Shown here: piece by piece, positions 38,691 to 47,271 of the stretch
How the letters are laid out: every line of letters begins with the position of its first letter
How positions within the stretch are numbered: the first letter of the stretch is position 1
DNA from: a virus
Direction: 5' to 3' (one strand)
Virus record (IMG/VR): IMGVR_UViG_3300028392_001993
Span: 1 to 64,000 of that record
DNA length: 64,000 bases
Position numbers and translations under genes: made by a program
Notes under the pieces: model-generated
The model's input: only the letters and a program-made list of their open reading frames with translations
Told to the model about the DNA's origin: nothing
Databases searched by the model: none

Positions 38691-38875
38691 TCTTTACATT
38701 TTTGGTTGTGACCAAGGCAGGGCTTCCGGGCTTTAATATAGAACACATCAGTCAGTTTCGTGAAATAGAGGACTGTGAAAAGACCAAGACCGCCATGGTT
38801 GCATACATGGACAAGTTAGTGCGAGAGAACAAAATGTTCCCGGGCGTGTTTGAATGTCAAAAGGTACAGCGATGA
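38678..38875 (+). CDS. Small protein with N-terminal hydrophobic segment and CE...C motif
   Basis: MYQLIFTFLVV; similar layout to 44890-45069. Confidence 0.55.
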   Translation: MYQLIFTFLVVTKAGLPGFNIEHISQFREIEDCEKTKTAMVAYMDKLVRENKMFPGVFECQKVQR

Positions 38876-39141
38876 ACAAAGAAATTACACTCACTCCTGC
38901 GGGTGGCCGATTCTATCGTGCCATGGCCTTCCACTGGGTTACTGTGGTATTTGTCATGCCGGTACTAGCCACGTTCATGATTGCGGCCATACTGAATCCT
39001 TTTTGGTTTCGCGATTCAATGTTTAACTTTGTAGAACGCCGGGTTAATGAATTCACCCGCTGGCGTAACAATGTGAAATACCGCATCTATCTTGGATGTG
39101 ACCCCGTTGTTTGGCACACCCTCAAAGGCGACTTAAAGTGA
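38872..39141 (+). CDS. Small membrane protein
   Basis: One long hydrophobic stretch followed by NPFWFR. Confidence 0.6.
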   Translation: MNKEITLTPAGGRFYRAMAFHWVTVVFVMPVLATFMIAAILNPFWFRDSMFNFVERRVNEFTRWRNNVKYRIYLGCDPVVWHTLKGDLK

Positions 39142-39446
39142 ACAAGTTGATTCGTAAGGGTTGTGTAGCAGTAATTTATTCGCCCGAGTTTGGTGCAGGC
39201 TGGTCAACATGGAATCGCAAATATCCTGAAATTTTGTTTGATCCTGCTATTGTTGAATTCGTAGAAAAAGATCAATCTCAAGAACTGCAAGTGTATGTCA
39301 CTCTCAAATACCCCGGCATCTATGACGGTGGTATAGTGGGATTAAAAATAGAGTGGATTCCTGAAGGCTCTTTTTTTCGTGTGAATGAACACGATGGTGC
39401 TGAAAGTATCGAATTAAGAGACAGGATCAAGTGGATACAGGCTTGA
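39138..39446 (+). CDS. Hypothetical protein
   Basis: GTGA-coupled start; VAVIYSP.FGAGWSTWN. Confidence 0.6.
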   Translation: MNKLIRKGCVAVIYSPEFGAGWSTWNRKYPEILFDPAIVEFVEKDQSQELQVYVTLKYPGIYDGGIVGLKIEWIPEGSFFRVNEHDGAESIELRDRIKWIQA

Positions 39447-39471
39447 CAATAAATAGATTTCCTGTTACAGT
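39443..39471 (+). promoter_or_regulatory. Sigma70-like promoter for tRNA pair
   Basis: TTGACA-17 nt-TACAGT with TG extension, 10 nt before tRNA. Confidence 0.65.
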
Positions 39472-39480
39472 ACACTTATA

Positions 39481-39557
39481 GCCTTGGTAGCTCAGTTGGT
39501 CAGAGCAGGCGACTCATAATCGCTTGGTCGGGGGTTCAAGTCCCTCCCAAGGCACCA
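39481..39557 (+). tRNA. tRNA-CAT, Ile2 (lysidine)-like
   Basis: Cloverleaf with G1-C72; GGCGA-CTCATAA-TCGCT arm resembles the E. coli ileX body; encoded CCA. Confidence 0.8.
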
Positions 39558-39561
39558 GCCG

Positions 39562-39636
39562 CTGGCGTTCGTTCAACGGATAGGACACGATTCTTCTAAA
39601 GTCGTTATAGAGGTTCGATTCCTCTACGCCGGACCA
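39562..39636 (+). tRNA. tRNA-Arg(TCT)
   Basis: CGATT-CTTCTAA-AGTCG arm; TTCGATT T loop; CCA. Confidence 0.9.
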
Positions 39637-40163
39637 AATCCTGATACTGTGATAGCAATGCGCGGAACAGTGATATTTTCTACATTGTGAATTTTTGTAA
39701 CGTCAATGTAATGCCATCTGTGATGTTCTAGGATCACGGAATCTGTCAATTCAATGTCATTGAGAGAAATTGCCTCGTTAGTTTTACTAGGCCGAATATC
39801 AGGATTCAGTTTATGTTTATAAAAACATGTGGTGGCTGTGGAATCAGTTAGTATATAATTGATTGCAAATATTCTAGGATAATCCATATGAGGATAAATT
39901 CTATCACCATCAAACATGCAATGTATCCTGGCTTGCCATACATTTTTATTTACTATTTCTTGATCATTTAACCAAGAGATCAATTGCTTTGGTGGTAGGT
40001 ATTGTTTGTATTGAGCAAAATTTTTTCGAGGATAGTCAACACTGATTTGATCAATGTTACTTACTACTGGCCATTTAAGATTAGGTTCTAAATTATCAAA
40101 GTCCAGGCACATGGCTTCTAATTCAATTGGTAATTTTGGATAGTCAAGATATTTGTACAACAT
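39624..40163 (-). CDS. 2OG-Fe(II)/cupin-like oxygenase
   Basis: PHMD...H.V.N...R pattern; stop lies inside tRNA-Arg 3' end. Confidence 0.6.
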   Translation of the reverse strand: MLYKYLDYPKLPIELEAMCLDFDNLEPNLKWPVVSNIDQISVDYPRKNFAQYKQYLPPKQLISWLNDQEIVNKNVWQARIHCMFDGDRIYPHMDYPRIFAINYILTDSTATTCFYKHKLNPDIRPSKTNEAISLNDIELTDSVILEHHRWHYIDVTKIHNVENITVPRIAITVSGFGPA

Positions 40164-40220
40164 GAAACTATTTAATCTAAATATTTGACTATGTTAACTT
40201 CTTGTGTTAACATAGTCAAT

Positions 40221-40433
40221 ATGACAGAACTTAACGACGCACTTCAAATTCACACACCAGCTAAAGAAAACACTATTAGTTTTTACATTGCAGGCAACGA
40301 CGAAATGCTAAAAATATCCCCCGCCGGTTTTTATGTACGTGGCAAGCGAGTTCCAATGGATGACAAAGAAGCACAAACTGTATATAATTCATTCCAGGCC
40401 TGGTTAACTTGGCAGAACTTGCAACGCCGCTAA
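40221..40433 (+). CDS. Hypothetical protein
   Basis: Downstream ATG of the 82-aa ORF chosen. Confidence 0.5.
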   Translation: MTELNDALQIHTPAKENTISFYIAGNDEMLKISPAGFYVRGKRVPMDDKEAQTVYNSFQAWLTWQNLQRR

Positions 40434-40451
40434 ATATTTCTGGAGGACATT

Positions 40452-40628
40452 ATGGAACCCATCAAACCTGTAAAACTTGCAGATGCTGTAAAAGAGGCAC
40501 TTGCAAAAAAACATCAAGCCGCGCACCCTGATGCGAAACTTAGTAAAACACAACAAAAAGCCGCCAAACGTGGCACTCCAGCAATTACTGGAAAACCCAT
40601 GCGAAAGGTCACTGGCCGAGGAGGCTAA
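40452..40628 (+). CDS. Small basic protein (58 aa, not in ORF track)
   Basis: GGAGG RBS; MEPIKPVKLADAVKEALAKK...TGRGG. Confidence 0.6.
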   Translation: MEPIKPVKLADAVKEALAKKHQAAHPDAKLSKTQQKAAKRGTPAITGKPMRKVTGRGG

Positions 40629-40629
40629 T

Positions 40630-41112
40630 TTGAGCAAAGTAAATAGCAGTCCCGAACGTCATACATTTCAAAATTCTTCAGATGAATTAGCTGAAGTACT
40701 TGAACGTTTACGGAATCAAGATCAGGACCGCATAACCGATCCTGAGTGGCAAAAAGATAACTTAGAATACGATCTTCGCAGTACCAAATGGATCTGCGAT
40801 AAAACAAAAAGTACCAAGACTTACGCTCAAAACTTGTATGCGGCCCTGTGCAATCAGGACTGGCAACGCAATGATGTTTGGCCGTTGCTGAAAGATCAAC
40901 GCTGGCATTGCAGTTGGCGATATGCTGGTGGTATTGTGGCTGACATGCGTGAAGAAGGCGATTACATTGACTGGTACTGTTCGGGCATACAAGGCGAGCC
41001 CGATGATGACTGGGTAGATCTAGGGCATGTGCCTGAAGGCACTGTGACCGATCAAATACGTGAAGATTTTTTTCGATTGGGTTGGATTCCGGTTGACGAA
41101 AACAAAGATTAA
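40630..41112 (+). CDS. Hypothetical protein
   Basis: TTG start after GGAGG; YAQNLYAALCN...W.CSWR.AGGIVA..DY.DWYCSG. Confidence 0.65.
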   Translation: MSKVNSSPERHTFQNSSDELAEVLERLRNQDQDRITDPEWQKDNLEYDLRSTKWICDKTKSTKTYAQNLYAALCNQDWQRNDVWPLLKDQRWHCSWRYAGGIVADMREEGDYIDWYCSGIQGEPDDDWVDLGHVPEGTVTDQIREDFFRLGWIPVDENKD

Positions 41113-41127
41113 AGGTATAATATACAC

Positions 41128-41361
41128 ATGAACAAATATATAGAAAAAATCCCACGCAGTTTTGCCAAGGTGCTGAGCTGGCGTATTATCATTATTGGTC
41201 AATACATTGGCATTGGGTATTTTACTACCGGTAGTCTTGCATTTGGTGTTGGCCTTGCTGGGGTCACCACTGTGGTAAACAGTTGCCTGTATTTTTTCCA
41301 CGAACGTGCTTGGAACCGGGCAGGATGGGGCAAAGATGCAGTCACTCCTGCTGTCGAATAA
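41128..41361 (+). CDS. DUF2061-like small membrane protein
   Basis: RS.AK..SWR...YF.HER.W pattern. Confidence 0.65.
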   Translation: MNKYIEKIPRSFAKVLSWRIIIIGQYIGIGYFTTGSLAFGVGLAGVTTVVNSCLYFFHERAWNRAGWGKDAVTPAVE

Positions 41362-42562
41362 AGATCGTTATGGTTACTATACTGTGGGCAAGTTCAAAAC
41401 CTACAGCAAACTAGAGGCCATAGAACACAGCGGAAAAGTTCACCTGCCGGTCAAGTGGAACTTCAACTGTGACACATTTGAAAAGTTTGACTGGACACAA
41501 GAACCTCCGGGTAGTCTAGACTTTTGGTATGCGGCTCGTGCTAGGCAAATAAGAGAAAAATACGATTATCTTGTGCTGTGGTATTCCGGCGGCGCAGATA
41601 GTCATAATGTTCTCATGAGCTTTGTAAAAAATAATATCTTCATTGACGAGATTGCACAATTTCATAACTTAGCCGGTGAAAAAGGCAACAAGCAATCCTG
41701 GGTCAATGAAGAAGTATTTGCGACTTCAATTCCTACTACTCAGTCCCTAATAGAAAACAATCCTGTATATCGCAACACAAAACACAGACTAGTAGACTTG
41801 TCAGAGTTAGAATTTGATCTACTAAAAATAGACGATAACAAGTGGGATTACTTTTACAAAGTCACAAGATTTCTTAGCCCCAATACTCTAGCGCGAAGTT
41901 ACAAAAGAGAACTTATCCCTGACTATCAGATCTTGATGGATCAAGGCAAAAGCGTTTGTTTTATACATGGCTCTGAAAAGCCCAAGGTAGAAAATCGAAA
42001 CAACAAATGGTACATGGTGTTCAACGACTGCTTGGACAATGTGGTAACCCCAAGAACGCAGATGTTAAATCGAGAGTGGGAACATGATGAATTATTTTAC
42101 TGGTCAGACGAACTGCCACAACTGGTTGCCAAACAAGCACATGTGATCAAAAAGTTCATGTCTCAACTTACTCCCGACAAAGCTGACAATGTGAATGTGT
42201 TTAGCGATCAACGCAGTAAAAAAATTCCCGATATTTCATACAGCAATATTGTAATTGATTCTGTTGAATACCGGCTTCTGCCCGACGGCTTACATCAACT
42301 GATCTATCCTGACTGGAATCCTAACTTTATTGTGTGCGGCAAAACCCCCAGTGCCGCATATAGCAATAGAGATACCTGGATGTTTGATAGTATTGCTCCT
42401 GATCTAGGACAACGTTATTATAACCGTGGGTTATTGCATCTTAGACAACTAGTGAAACGTGCCAATCCAGACTATTGGTTTGAATATCCATATGATCCTG
42501 CATCCGGTATTCCTTATAATGGTGGCATGCAACACATGTACAACCGATACTGTATAACTTAA
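41336..42562 (+). CDS. PP-loop family protein
   Basis: YSGGADS; paralog of 42563 and 51815. Confidence 0.7.
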   Translation: MQSLLLSNKDRYGYYTVGKFKTYSKLEAIEHSGKVHLPVKWNFNCDTFEKFDWTQEPPGSLDFWYAARARQIREKYDYLVLWYSGGADSHNVLMSFVKNNIFIDEIAQFHNLAGEKGNKQSWVNEEVFATSIPTTQSLIENNPVYRNTKHRLVDLSELEFDLLKIDDNKWDYFYKVTRFLSPNTLARSYKRELIPDYQILMDQGKSVCFIHGSEKPKVENRNNKWYMVFNDCLDNVVTPRTQMLNREWEHDELFYWSDELPQLVAKQAHVIKKFMSQLTPDKADNVNVFSDQRSKKIPDISYSNIVIDSVEYRLLPDGLHQLIYPDWNPNFIVCGKTPSAAYSNRDTWMFDSIAPDLGQRYYNRGLLHLRQLVKRANPDYWFEYPYDPASGIPYNGGMQHMYNRYCIT

Positions 42563-43753
42563 ATGAGTTCAATAAAATTAGAAAACAATCCCAAACTAGG
42601 GTATTATAAAGTAGGCGACAAAACGTTCTACAGCAAGCCCGAGGCCTTGGTCGAAGCAACCAAAACCAATCAGTTTCCTGAGTGGAATTTTAGCCGCCAC
42701 ATCTTTGATGCAGTGAACTGGCTGGTAGAACCGCAGACTGATCTGCGTATGTTGTATCGCATACGTGCTCAACAACTGCGTGACCGGTATGACTGGATTA
42801 GAGTAGAAGCCAGCGGCGGCGGCGATTCAACCACTGCGGTGTTGAGTTTTCTCAACAATGGCATTCACCTGGATGAAGTTGTGTTTCGTTATCCCAAGAC
42901 CGGAGAGAAGGATGTACACAACGACCCATTCAATACCAAGTGTGAAAACACTCTAAGCGAATGGGAGTTTGCTGCCAAGCCCTTGCTACAATGGATTGCC
43001 ACTCACCACTCCACAGTAAAAATTACTGTGCATGACTATTCAGAAAACATGCTGGAAGGTGGGGCAGACGAAACTTGGGTGTTCAACAGCAAAGATTATT
43101 TTCAACCAGGACATGCATTCAAGCACGACAACATTGGCTTGATCGATCATCGTCGTGATGCAGATGCAGGCAAGAGCATTTGTGTGTTGTATGGCATCGA
43201 CAAACCCAAGATGTGTATCCGAGATGGCCGTTGGTTTGTGTACTTTATGGATCTACAGGCCAATCATTCTAATTCTGTAGTGTACGAATACACCAACATC
43301 ACCAACGAGTATTTTTACTGGACCCCGGACTTGCCTGAGATTATACACAAACAGGCACACATCATCAAGAACTGGTTTAGTCTTCCGCAGAATCAATTCT
43401 TACAATATCTAGTGCGTTGGCCCAATCACTCTATTGCTAATCGTACTGCATACGAAGCCATGGTCAAACCCTTGATCTATCCAGACTATGATCCTGCTAC
43501 ATTTCAAGTTGCCAAGCCTACCAACAGTTTTTACAACGAAATGGACTTTTGGTTCTACAAAAACTTTCAAGAAACTCGAGCGTTCCAAATCTGGGAAGCA
43601 GGTTTAAAACTGTTGGTGGACAACATTGATTTGAAATATTTTAACACTGAACTAGGACGTCCTGTGGGGTTCATAGGATTCCTCAGCCCATTCTACGATT
43701 TGGGTCCGGCTCAATATGTAAACACCGGGGTGAATAATTTTTCAAAATTCTAA
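42563..43753 (+). CDS. PP-loop family protein
   Basis: ASGGGDS; shares EYFYWTPD, KQAHII and YP.Y/W motifs with paralogs. Confidence 0.7.
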   Translation: MSSIKLENNPKLGYYKVGDKTFYSKPEALVEATKTNQFPEWNFSRHIFDAVNWLVEPQTDLRMLYRIRAQQLRDRYDWIRVEASGGGDSTTAVLSFLNNGIHLDEVVFRYPKTGEKDVHNDPFNTKCENTLSEWEFAAKPLLQWIATHHSTVKITVHDYSENMLEGGADETWVFNSKDYFQPGHAFKHDNIGLIDHRRDADAGKSICVLYGIDKPKMCIRDGRWFVYFMDLQANHSNSVVYEYTNITNEYFYWTPDLPEIIHKQAHIIKNWFSLPQNQFLQYLVRWPNHSIANRTAYEAMVKPLIYPDYDPATFQVAKPTNSFYNEMDFWFYKNFQETRAFQIWEAGLKLLVDNIDLKYFNTELGRPVGFIGFLSPFYDLGPAQYVNTGVNNFSKF

Positions 43754-43921
43754 TAGAGCATAAGTAGAATCAGCAACGCCGATACAGTATCGACGTCGGA
43801 AACATATTGACGCCTGGGGTAGCGAAACCCTTTTACTGGTGTGTTACACATAGAACGCCGATCTCCGTAGCAGATTCTCTGCAAGCTCTTAAACTTATTG
43901 ACACTAACTTTAGGAGAAATC

Positions 43922-44836
43922 ATGTCAAAAATTCTAGCAACCTTGTTGGCTGCCATTGCCATCACCGCGGCTCAGGCTCGCGAAAACATCACAATCTTGT
44001 ATGCTTACAGCGCAGGTGATTCAGTAGCCAACTACCATCGAACCATTGCCAACGAAGCAAACAAGATCCAAGACCGATATAACTTTGTATTTGATGCCAA
44101 ACCCGGGGCCGGAGGTGCTATTGCATCCAACCAGGCACTGGGCACACCAAATACTATCTTGGCACACTCAACTGCGTTCTTTGTTCGTCCAGTTGTGTTT
44201 CCCAACGAAAGTTACGACATTGCTCGATTCCGGCAACAATACGTTCACTGTATGGCGCCCATGGCAGTGACCAGCAGTCGATATCGATCGCTGAAAGATG
44301 TTCCTACCACGGCTACCGTGGGTATCAGTGGCTTGGGAGTTACCACACACCTGGCTGCAATTGAACTCAAGAAAAAGTTTCCTGACCTGAACATTATCCC
44401 ATTCAAATCAACCACAGACTCAATGTTGAGCATGGTGGGTGGGCAAACTGACTTGCACATTGGTTTTATATCAGAAGCAGAGCAATGGAGCCGGGATAAT
44501 ACCAGCAGTGATCGCAAGGTCTCTGTGTTGGGTATTACTGGCAACAAAACAGTCAACGGTTATACTCCCCTGGCAAAACTGGGTCTTGATCCCAGTTTCG
44601 CTGACATGAATGTGGGGCATCACATGGTGCTTCCTGTCACAATTGATGATGCAAAACGCAAAGAGTTTTATGAAATTTTTGCCAAGGCCTCTCGAACAGA
44701 TGCAGTACGTGCGGCCTATGCTGTGGACTATTGCGAACCACAATCAGTCAAGTACGAAGACTTAAACAAGTTTTTTGTGTTTCATACTGAGTACTGGCGC
44801 AAATTGGCCAGTCAAGTTAAACTAGACAACAAGTAA
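43922..44836 (+). CDS. Bug/TctC-like periplasmic substrate-binding protein
   Basis: Signal peptide; KPGAGG; G.G...HL; GGQ.D. Confidence 0.75.
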   Translation: MSKILATLLAAIAITAAQARENITILYAYSAGDSVANYHRTIANEANKIQDRYNFVFDAKPGAGGAIASNQALGTPNTILAHSTAFFVRPVVFPNESYDIARFRQQYVHCMAPMAVTSSRYRSLKDVPTTATVGISGLGVTTHLAAIELKKKFPDLNIIPFKSTTDSMLSMVGGQTDLHIGFISEAEQWSRDNTSSDRKVSVLGITGNKTVNGYTPLAKLGLDPSFADMNVGHHMVLPVTIDDAKRKEFYEIFAKASRTDAVRAAYAVDYCEPQSVKYEDLNKFFVFHTEYWRKLASQVKLDNK

Positions 44837-44889
44837 ACACATCGGCAGATTCCCTGACTACTTATAAATATAGCAGTTAGGAATTTGCT

Positions 44890-45069
44890 ATGAGCCGGAC
44901 ATTGATCTGGGTGTTGAGTTGGAGTGTGTTAGGACCAGTGCCTGAGTCGGGCGAACAAGCCAAGTTCAAAACTCAAGCAGAATGCGAACAGGCTCGAGTT
45001 CAAAAGCGTGAAGAATACCAGGCACAGAAAAAACAGATTGTGGCTAGTTGTCACCAGAGTACCAAATAG
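44890..45069 (+). CDS. Small late-type protein (59 aa, not in ORF track)
   Basis: TATAAATA upstream; MSRTLIWVLSW...CEQAR...SC. Confidence 0.5.
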   Translation: MSRTLIWVLSWSVLGPVPESGEQAKFKTQAECEQARVQKREEYQAQKKQIVASCHQSTK

Positions 45070-45070
45070 T

Positions 45071-45099
45071 TTGACATCAAATCAATTTTGTGGTATAAT
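45071..45099 (+). promoter_or_regulatory. Sigma70-like promoter for tmRNA
   Basis: TTGACA-17 nt-TATAAT. Confidence 0.8.
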
Positions 45100-45105
45100 A
45101 AATAC

Positions 45106-45442
45106 TTGAACAGCGTAAACTGTTACTGAGAAAAGGATTCAAGACCCGGGGGCAGTGCCCGGCAGGTCCACCATAAGCATACTTAAATCTCTACAAAACC
45201 GAAAGGTTGGGATCAGGGCTGGTACACCGGATTACTCTAGGGAAACCTATAAGTGCGGATAGACCATAGTATGCTTTTGATGGGCCTGACACAGGATCGA
45301 TTGGGTCAAGAGTACAAGTAATGGCGCTCGGTAGGCGATGACCGTTAATCAAGCAAAACAAGTATCTGCAAACGATGATACATACCTCTTAGCCGCAAAC
45401 GCCTAAGAGCGAGGCAGTTATGCCTTGTAACCAAAAATAGCA
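45106..45442 (+). ncRNA. ssrA: Circularly permuted (two-piece) tmRNA
   Basis: T arm and CAGGTCC-A-CCA (ends 45173) precede GGGCCTG (45282), pairing with G3.U70; tag frame 45368-45406 ANDDTYLLAANA*. Outer ends approximate. Confidence 0.85.
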
Positions 45443-45464
45443 ATAGGGACTTCGGTCCCTATTT

Positions 45465-46079
45465 TTATGGGTATTGCCAAGTCCAGGAGCCATCTTGCTT
45501 ATAAAGTCGTGTTCTTCCTTTAACTTTAGCAGATAGTTTAGAGGCACCTTTTCTGCCATTTTCTGCCGCAGTTGGATTAGGCAATCCTTTATTCCACGGA
45601 GTCGCACCTTTATTTCTGGATACAGACGATGTATAATTTGAACCATTAAATTTTGCGGCACAGGATTGACTACACCAAGCCTTTTCTCTAATCGGGTGAT
45701 GACAAAACTCTATCTTACCAAATAAGTTAGAACATTGAATGCAGGTGTATTGTCGTGTCTCTTTTGGTCTAGTTTTAGTGCGTTTATTTTGAGCAGATAA
45801 CAATTTTGAATGCTCTATCCTTGCCTTCTCGTAATGTCTGTTCGAATACTTCTTTAATCTGCCCATTAGATTTACAGCATGCCATAATGTTCCGCCGTGT
45901 ATCTTCGCTAATAATATATGGGCTATATAATGCTCACGAGCAGTTAGATCAACCAAGTTAGAAGGTTCGTTAGTTCCTCCTAAACACTTTGGAATAATAT
46001 GGTGTTCTTCTTTGTAGCCAGTAGTAGTTCTAAGTTTGGCTCTTTCTATCAGCGATGTATAATGGTTTAAATAATTCAT
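45465..46079 (-). mobile_element. Free-standing HNH homing endonuclease
   Basis: EEHHIIPKCLGG.N...NLV.LT.REH...H; PWNKG C-terminal DNA-binding motif; AT-rich. Confidence 0.85.
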
Positions 46080-46130
46080 AACTTTATTTATGCTTTCGTA
46101 GCCTAATATACCTCGTAACAGAAACCACCA

Positions 46131-46152
46131 AACCCGCTTCGGCGGGTTTTTT
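46131..46152 (+). terminator. Intrinsic terminator
   Basis: AACCCGC-TTCG-GCGGGTT followed by T-run. Confidence 0.85.
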
Positions 46153-46186
46153 AATTTGTATAAATAAATGATATTAGGAGTATAGC

Positions 46187-46510
46187 ATGAGCACCGATTT
46201 TTTAAAAAAATACATCGATATCATCAATGAAGCAGAACAACCACAAGTTCAACTTGATGAAGATGGTCCTTACAGCAAAAAGCAAATTAACTGGGTTATA
46301 AAATACAACCAGCATGACAAGTATGAGGGCAAGGGCGCAGTCTTTAATGTAGATTCCACTGCTAGAAAGGTACGTTGGAAACAACCTCTTAACTATGACG
46401 TAAAGGAATTTGAGAAGGTCGGCTTGGACGTATGGGACCGGAAATTGCGTCAAGCAGTCACTAACGCAGTCTTGGCCCAAATGCCCCCTGCCCCTGGGTA
46501 CGACAACTAA
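46187..46510 (+). CDS. Hypothetical late/virion-type protein
   Basis: TATAAATA at 46159, AGGAG RBS; N-terminus MSTDFLKKYIDIINEAE. Confidence 0.7.
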   Translation: MSTDFLKKYIDIINEAEQPQVQLDEDGPYSKKQINWVIKYNQHDKYEGKGAVFNVDSTARKVRWKQPLNYDVKEFEKVGLDVWDRKLRQAVTNAVLAQMPPAPGYDN

Positions 46511-46526
46511 TTTTCACAAACACCAG

Positions 46527-46550
46527 AACCCGCTTCGGCGGGTTTCTCTT
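46527..46550 (+). terminator. Intrinsic terminator identical to 46131
   Basis: AACCCGCTTCGGCGGGTTT then TCTCTT. Confidence 0.8.
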
Positions 46551-46601
46551 GTCAACCCTTTCGAGGGCTAAGGCGTTGTATATGTATGTCAAGGAGACAT
46601 C

Positions 46602-46766
46602 ATGCAACATGCTATCAAATGTGACAATTGGGGAAAACCCGGCAAAAATGAAGTGGTGAGATTCATGCCTGTTAACTTGGCCAGGTTTAGAAACTGCCCA
46701 GACTGTGATCGTAAACGAATCACTGCTTGCAAAGATCCTGCTTGCAATCGAACCCGAAAGCCTTGA
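46602..46766 (+). CDS. Small Cys-rich protein (54 aa, not in ORF track)
   Basis: AAGGAG RBS; CPDC, C..PAC. Confidence 0.45.
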   Translation: MQHAIKCDNWGKPGKNEVVRFMPVNLARFRNCPDCDRKRITACKDPACNRTRKP

Positions 46767-46926
46767 CTCTTATACAATTCTCATATATAATACACTTATG
46801 AAACAAACAACTACAATCGTTACAATCGTTCGCTCAGAACATGAGTGGGATTGCCATTGGGGGCTTTGCCTGTAATACGAAAGTACTACCCTGCAAAGAC
46901 CCTCCACTTCGGAGGGTTTTCTTTTT
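46763..46926 (+). promoter_or_regulatory. Promoter, 25-aa leader ORF (46798-46875) and attenuator
   Basis: TTGACT-17-TATAAT; MKQTTTIVTIVRSEHEWDCHWGLCL*; terminator ACCCTCC/GGAGGGT + T-run; competing helix 46860-46869/46893-46902. Confidence 0.6.
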
Positions 46927-46931
46927 AGTGC

Positions 46932-46960
46932 TAGACCATAAATTGAAACTCTGCTACAAT
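46932..46960 (+). promoter_or_regulatory. Early-type promoter for RNA cluster
   Basis: TAGACC-17 nt-TACAAT with TG extension, same family as 36742/37114. Confidence 0.6.
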
Positions 46961-47046
46961 AGAACTTAACAAAGCAACAAAGTAGATCGATACTAGTTGT
47001 AACAGATCTTTAAAAATCGTATTTCATTTAGTCCTGGTAACAGGGA

Positions 47047-47271
47047 CTATATGAGAACACATTAGGGTTACCAGACCCGTTAGAGGCATTGGTAGAAGTG
47101 AATTGACACCGGCGGGTGTCCACTTGCTACCAGTCATGAAGCCGGCTCTCTACTGTAAAAAGTAGATCCAGAAAAGCGGCGGATCGTCTGGCAGTAATGA
47201 CCGTGGTGACTTGGTCTCGCAAGCCAAGCAGAACGAGATCCACAACGGTTCCCAAATGTTTTTTCATATGG
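47047..47271 (+). ncRNA. Stem-clamped structured RNA, unit 1 (unassigned)
   Basis: 17-nt arms 47047-47063/47255-47271 enclose about 190 nt with several hairpins. Confidence 0.6.
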
